This document shows, piece by piece, positions 63,777-64,000 of a stretch of DNA of 64,000 bases. The translations under genes and the position numbers were made by a program. The notes under the pieces are model-generated. The model had not been told where the DNA came from. It saw nothing but the letters and a program-made list of their open reading frames with translations, and searched no databases. The DNA is from Burkholderiales bacterium (GTDB lineage: Bacteria; Pseudomonadota; Gammaproteobacteria; Burkholderiales; SG8-39): NCBI GenBank assembly GCA_035632415.1, contig DASQGW010000203.1, positions 1,176 through 65,175 of the forward strand, read 5' to 3'. Every line of letters begins with the position of its first letter. Position 1 is the first letter of the stretch.

Positions 63777-64000
63777 ATGTACGAGAGGCGTAGCGACCCG
63801 GTTCTTCCCCGCTCGCGGTTCAGGGCGCGGCTGCTGCGTCATGCCGCAGCGGCCGCGGCACTCGTGCTCGGCTCGCTCTTCATGGGCATGGCGGGCTATG
63901 TGCACTTCGAGCATCTGTCGTGGCTCGACGCCTTCGTCGACGCCTCGATGCTCCTTGGCGGCATGGGGCCGGTGCACAACCCGCAGACGGCCGGCGGCAA
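63777..64000 (+). CDS. Membrane protein, 5' fragment (runs off the right edge)
   Basis: ATG 63777 opens MYERRSDPVLPRSRFRARLLRHAAAAAALVLGSLFMGMAGYVHFEHL... It is truncated by the window. Confidence 0.35.
   Translation, partial: MYERRSDPVLPRSRFRARLLRHAAAAAALVLGSLFMGMAGYVHFEHLSWLDAFVDASMLLGGMGPVHNPQTAGG

Noticed and set aside
1-64000. CRISPR arrays, rRNA genes, IS elements/transposases
   Set aside because: No regularly spaced direct repeats with unique spacers were seen. There are no rRNA-like conserved stretches and no transposase-like ORFs. The only repeats seen are the short palindromic families listed above.

Overview
GC-rich proteobacterial chromosome segment; several Bug/TctC-type binding proteins suggest a betaproteobacterium. 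I recognised no rRNA, tRNA or CRISPR array. The window splits into two parts.

(1) Positions ~1-11,000 are an integrase-bounded accessory (defence-type) island inserted just upstream of mutS. It carries:
- a truncated AbiEi-like antitoxin gene at the left edge;
- an XRE repressor / ImmA-type metalloprotease / membrane-tailed HNH nuclease operon;
- divergent from that operon, a compact ubiquitin-like conjugation operon: a small leader ORF, a Ubl fused to a cysteine-free E2-like domain, a JAMM/JAB peptidase and a ThiF-type E1;
- a type I methylase and specificity pair with a HEPN-like gene but no hsdR;
- radC, a small Myb-like ORF and a tyrosine integrase.
The Ubl/E2-like/JAB/E1 operon together with its CapH/CapP-like regulators is the most interesting candidate system.

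(2) Positions ~11,000-64,000 are ordinary housekeeping and catabolic genes:
- DNA repair and RNA repair: mutS, TatD, Tag, RtcB;
- signalling: a PAS-GGDEF-EAL protein;
- catabolism: acyl-CoA ligases and a MarR-regulated CoA-ligase operon, GGT, a ThDP enzyme, an isoaspartyl peptidase;
- transport: a LivJHMGF-type ABC system and a TetR-HlyD-ABC2 exporter;
- redox: cytochromes c.

This second part is punctuated by several non-coding structures:
- a ~25-bp imperfectly palindromic intergenic repeat family (six copies);
- a 24-bp perfect hairpin between an ABC binding-protein gene and its permease gene;
- a 20-bp perfect palindrome that swallows a Shine-Dalgarno site;
- duplicated TetR operators.

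All functional calls come from reading motifs in the supplied translations. No database search was run.
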